Shown one piece after another: positions 60,675-64,000 of a DNA stretch of 64,000 nucleotides (position 1 is its first letter; every line of letters starts with the position of its first letter). The stretch covers positions 218,891 to 282,890 of the forward strand of contig DYDB01000001.1 in NCBI GenBank assembly GCA_020718085.1. Reading direction: 5' to 3'. The notes below the pieces were generated by a model. It was not told the DNA's origin, made no database searches, and saw nothing but the letters and a program-made list of their open reading frames with translations. Position numbers and translations under genes: made by a program. The stretch is from Micavibrio sp. Lineage in GTDB: Bacteria > Patescibacteriota > Minisyncoccia > Moranbacterales > GCA-2747515.

Positions 60675-61028
60675 CTAGTTCACTTTACGAAAACTCACTG
60701 TGTATACCGGTTCATATAATGCATCATATTCATCACGCACTTCTACTGTTTCCCCATCCATCATCGTTGAAAGGGAGATGTCAGAGATCATTTCCTGCAA
60801 TGCTTTTATTTCACCTTTCAATTCCTCCATGCGCTCCCATCGAGAACCCATGTCGCGTTGTGCACCAAGTTCATGTTGTCTTTTCATTTCTCTCACCTCA
60901 TTGGATTTTTCTACAATCTTTTGATATTCAGCATCTTGTGCGAGGATATCTTTGAATTCCTTACGAATTTCTTTCATTTCCTTTTTGATGTTCTGAAATT
61001 CACTGAATACTTCTTGAACGTCTTTCAT
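60675..61028 (-). CDS. Conserved helical hypothetical protein
   Basis: 117-aa ORF ending GETVEVRDEYD..YEP...F. Confidence 0.8.
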   Translation of the reverse strand: MKDVQEVFSEFQNIKKEMKEIRKEFKDILAQDAEYQKIVEKSNEVREMKRQHELGAQRDMGSRWERMEELKGEIKALQEMISDISLSTMMDGETVEVRDEYDALYEPVYTVSFRKVN

Positions 61029-61182
61029 TGTGTTTTTTTTAATTTATTACGTATAAAACAGAAATAATTCTACCATATTTATTGTAAATTGACAAACAAC
61101 TATTTTTATGCTAAAATTTTGTTCAGTTGATACATTTATGTTCTTTTGTCATCATTTTTTCTAGCAAAGGAGAGCAGGAATT

Positions 61183-61638
61183 ATGAAAAAAATTCATTTT
61201 TTTGTGGGCATCTGTATGGTATGTTCTTTTTTAATGGTAGGATCATCATCGGCATTTGCAGAGGATCTATCACAAAAGATCGTTACTGTCTGCACGAACG
61301 ACACTACCGAAGTTTTTGTGACTTATCCTGTCATCGATACAATTGGTCCAGGATTTGGTTCAACTGCCGTTGATCTACCACGACAGATCGGTACAGTAAT
61401 TCGTCGCGCATGTTTCAATGAACAAGATCACGTGATCACTGGATGGTTCAATCAATATCCGCAAGGACTTCATGAACATTATGGTGGGGATGAGGAGGAA
61501 TTACCAGAAACTCTTTCATTGTTCAACATCGATCCTAAGCGTGATCACATCACAGATTTGAAAGTGAACGCACCAAAAGGGGGAAGGGATGTAGTGCCCT
61601 TCATCATAAGCATTTATCATCGCTTTATTCCTTCATGA
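61183..61638 (+). CDS. Secreted hypothetical protein
   Basis: Signal peptide ending AFA; SD AAGGAG; TTGACA-17-TAAAAT at 61089. Confidence 0.75.
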   Translation: MKKIHFFVGICMVCSFLMVGSSSAFAEDLSQKIVTVCTNDTTEVFVTYPVIDTIGPGFGSTAVDLPRQIGTVIRRACFNEQDHVITGWFNQYPQGLHEHYGGDEEELPETLSLFNIDPKRDHITDLKVNAPKGGRDVVPFIISIYHRFIPS

Positions 61639-62065
61639 GAGCATAAGAAAGTAAATAACTTTTTGTCACTAAAAGAATTACAACAAACGCCACCTGAACT
61701 TCATAAAGAAGTATTCCATGTGGCGTTTTTATTTTTGTTAAATATTATAAAGATACACGCTATCAACCAACTTTATGTCGCACAATGTAGAGTATACATT
61801 TTACATAAAAACAGGGGACTTTAATAATTTTTTATAATACATTCAGACTCTCCCCAAGAAATCTTATAATTATTTAAATCCAAACGACGTATCGACGATG
61901 TTACTAAATTTTTTTTATACTATTCTTTAATCATATAAATAAATTTTTTTGCAATCATAAACTATAAAATCCAAATTTAAATTCTTATAGATTTTGTTAA
62001 GCGCACATTGATATATGATTCATATCGAACTCAATTTAATATGTAAATTTTTGTCCATACAACGC

Positions 62066-62099
62066 GTAACATAATTCTACGGCCGTCAGATTATGTTAC
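62066..62099 (-). repeat. 34-bp palindromic site, copy 6 (inverted, solitary)
   Basis: Reverse complement is GTAACATAATCTGACGGCCGTAGAATTATGTTAC. Confidence 0.93.
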
Positions 62100-62628
62100 T
62101 GCTTTTAGATTGTTTCAGTATAGGTGAGCACAAAATAATATACTTATGCAATATCACGCAGTTTAGTACCACATATAGTTTTTATCATAATACTTTATGT
62201 ACATACCATACTGCATATAGTGCTTTTGCGTTGTTTCCAGTGGTACATGTATACCACTTAGTTCATGTCGCACAATGTAGACTCTATTTTTCACAAAAAG
62301 GTGAGAGGGTTATTGCTGCAACTTATATATGTATCGTGTGCGCCCTTACACATAAATTACAAATCACATTACCATGCTATGCAATACATATGATCCACAG
62401 ATATACGTATTGAATTAATAAGTTATAGATCAATATATTTTGATCAATGAAAGTTCATTCTAATCTAATATAATATTAATAAAGATTGGACACGGATAAA
62501 TATTCATATAAGCAGTGAAGGGTGTATAAGAGAAACATCTGTGTGATGTATATAATCAAAAGATATGCGAAAAGTAAAGAAATGAGAGATGAGATCTTAT
62601 GTATATGATCAGACGCTTTTTACTGCCT

Positions 62629-62656
62629 ATGTCGCATAATATACATTGTGCGACGT
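62629..62656 (-). other. dif-like Xer recombination site (11-6-11)
   Basis: Minus strand ACGTCGCACAA-TGTATA-TTATGCGACAT versus E. coli dif GGTGCGCATAA-TGTATA-TTATGTTAAAT; lies in a 1.4-kb AT-rich gap. Confidence 0.7.
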
Positions 62657-63085
62657 ATTATCACATAAACCTTATTGTCACCTTTTTGTACAACAAATGC
62701 AATATTTACAGCATTTATCGTATCTTATGATACATTATTTACATGATTCACTCTTCTACTGCTCTGCAACTATAAAGTGAATACAGTGTAACATTTTGAA
62801 AATGGTTTTCATGAACTTTTTCTAATAGGGGTTTTGTATGCTAGTAGTGTATCAATAAATTTTAAATGAAAATCTGCAGATACATATAAAAGGATCTTAT
62901 AAACACAATTGAAAAGAACAAGTATTTAATTTTTTAATCAACGACCACAACTATATATATGGGAATTGATTCTATACCCCCTACCCCTTTAAAAGTTATC
63001 CACAGTTGCCTTTTTACACTTAAAACAAATAACCACTCAAAAGAACATTTGAGTGGTTATAAATATATAAGATGTAACTATATTT

Positions 63086-63793
63086 CTAATTATTTTTGAT
63101 CAATGTGCCTTCAAATTTTTCTCCGTTAAGATACGCGCGTAAATTATCAAGGTTTGTTCCCTTCAATGTTACTGCTTCCAGATCTTCTTTTTCCGCAAAT
63201 TGTGCAGCTACTGGATCAAATGGCGCATTCATACCTGGTGTCCATTCGTCAGTTGTCATTTCACGATATTGTGCCCACGACATTTCCTCGATCTTCTGTG
63301 CATCTGGAAATTGACTTGGGTCCTTATCATACACATATGCGATGTTGGATAGATTCACAACTTTTTTAATGCCCAAATAACGTGCCAATAATGCGGAATC
63401 ATAATCTGTAGAAAATCCAGGTTTCCATCCTGCAGCGATCATGATTGGTTGTGTACACTGATGAAAATCTTCCAGATCATGAGGGTTTGTATTGATACGC
63501 GGATGTGCCACATCGCGAAATATTGTGCGAATCAAGTGTGCATTTAATCGTGTAGAGTGAATGCCGAGCCAATCTTTATCTTCATTATTAACATCTTCCA
63601 GGATCTCTTGCGCAGCTTGTGCATAGCGACGCGCCGTTCTTCCGCCTCCTGTAATAAAAACAAATCGCTGCTCTTGTTCTGTGATCTGTTGAATGATCAA
63701 TGCGCGAAAATCTCTCAAAAATTCAATGTTTATTTCATCTGGCACGATAAGTGATCCACCCAAGTTCACGATAAATGTTTTTTTTGCATCCAT
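63086..63793 (-). CDS. pyrH: UMP kinase (archaeal-type)
   Basis: LGGS, TGGG.TAR.Y, GWKPGFSTD, YDKDP, PFDP. Confidence 0.92.
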   Translation of the reverse strand: MDAKKTFIVNLGGSLIVPDEINIEFLRDFRALIIQQITEQEQRFVFITGGGRTARRYAQAAQEILEDVNNEDKDWLGIHSTRLNAHLIRTIFRDVAHPRINTNPHDLEDFHQCTQPIMIAAGWKPGFSTDYDSALLARYLGIKKVVNLSNIAYVYDKDPSQFPDAQKIEEMSWAQYREMTTDEWTPGMNAPFDPVAAQFAEKEDLEAVTLKGTNLDNLRAYLNGEKFEGTLIKNN

Positions 63794-64000
63794 ATTTTAT
63801 TAAATTAATTTATATTAATTGATTTTATTATACACTAAGTTCCGCAAGAAGTGGATTTTGTATAACCCTTATCGATCGCATCTTGATCTGAGCGAAAGCA
63901 TCGCAGATTCTCAGGATCAATTTTAGTTGCATATGAACAGTCCGGTGTATAATATTTTGTGCCTTTTGTACTACCAACATAGACACAATCCTCTGGGCGT

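Noticed and set aside
62093-62413. 106-aa ORF in the AT-rich gap
   Set aside because: Atypical composition, no SD, and it overlaps repeat sites; probably spurious.
62996-63004. oriC suggested by TTATCCACA in the AT-rich gap
   Set aside because: Only one perfect DnaA box was seen, dnaA and dnaN are not nearby, and the dif-like site favours a terminus.

Overview
A 64-kb bacterial chromosomal segment using the standard code (TGA is a stop). Gene content and style suggest a Patescibacteria/CPR (Parcubacteria-like) genome; this is inference. Most genes are on the + strand. Housekeeping and repair genes (rlmN, priA, gltX, pcm, recQ, lexA, radC, mltG, pyrH) alternate with many self-contained promoter-SD-gene-terminator units. 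The window also holds isolated biosynthetic genes (dapB, purB, thrC), an uncharacterised coiled-coil/AAA-ATPase/membrane-protein cluster (1.1-10.6 kb) and an AT-rich defence island (40.5-50.5 kb). The main unexplained signal is a 34-bp palindrome with a 13-8-13 layout (GTAACATAwTnnn-ACGGCCGT-nnnATTATGTTAC). Five copies at 49.7-52.8 kb divide the region into gene-sized units, supply the stop codons of two genes, and bracket in inverted orientation a winged-helix/Cas2-like (PaaX-type) gene. A sixth copy lies near a dif-like site at 62.6 kb. Other observations are a ~310-nt independently transcribed structured RNA candidate, two structured leaders, and REP-like repeat families that insert into one another.
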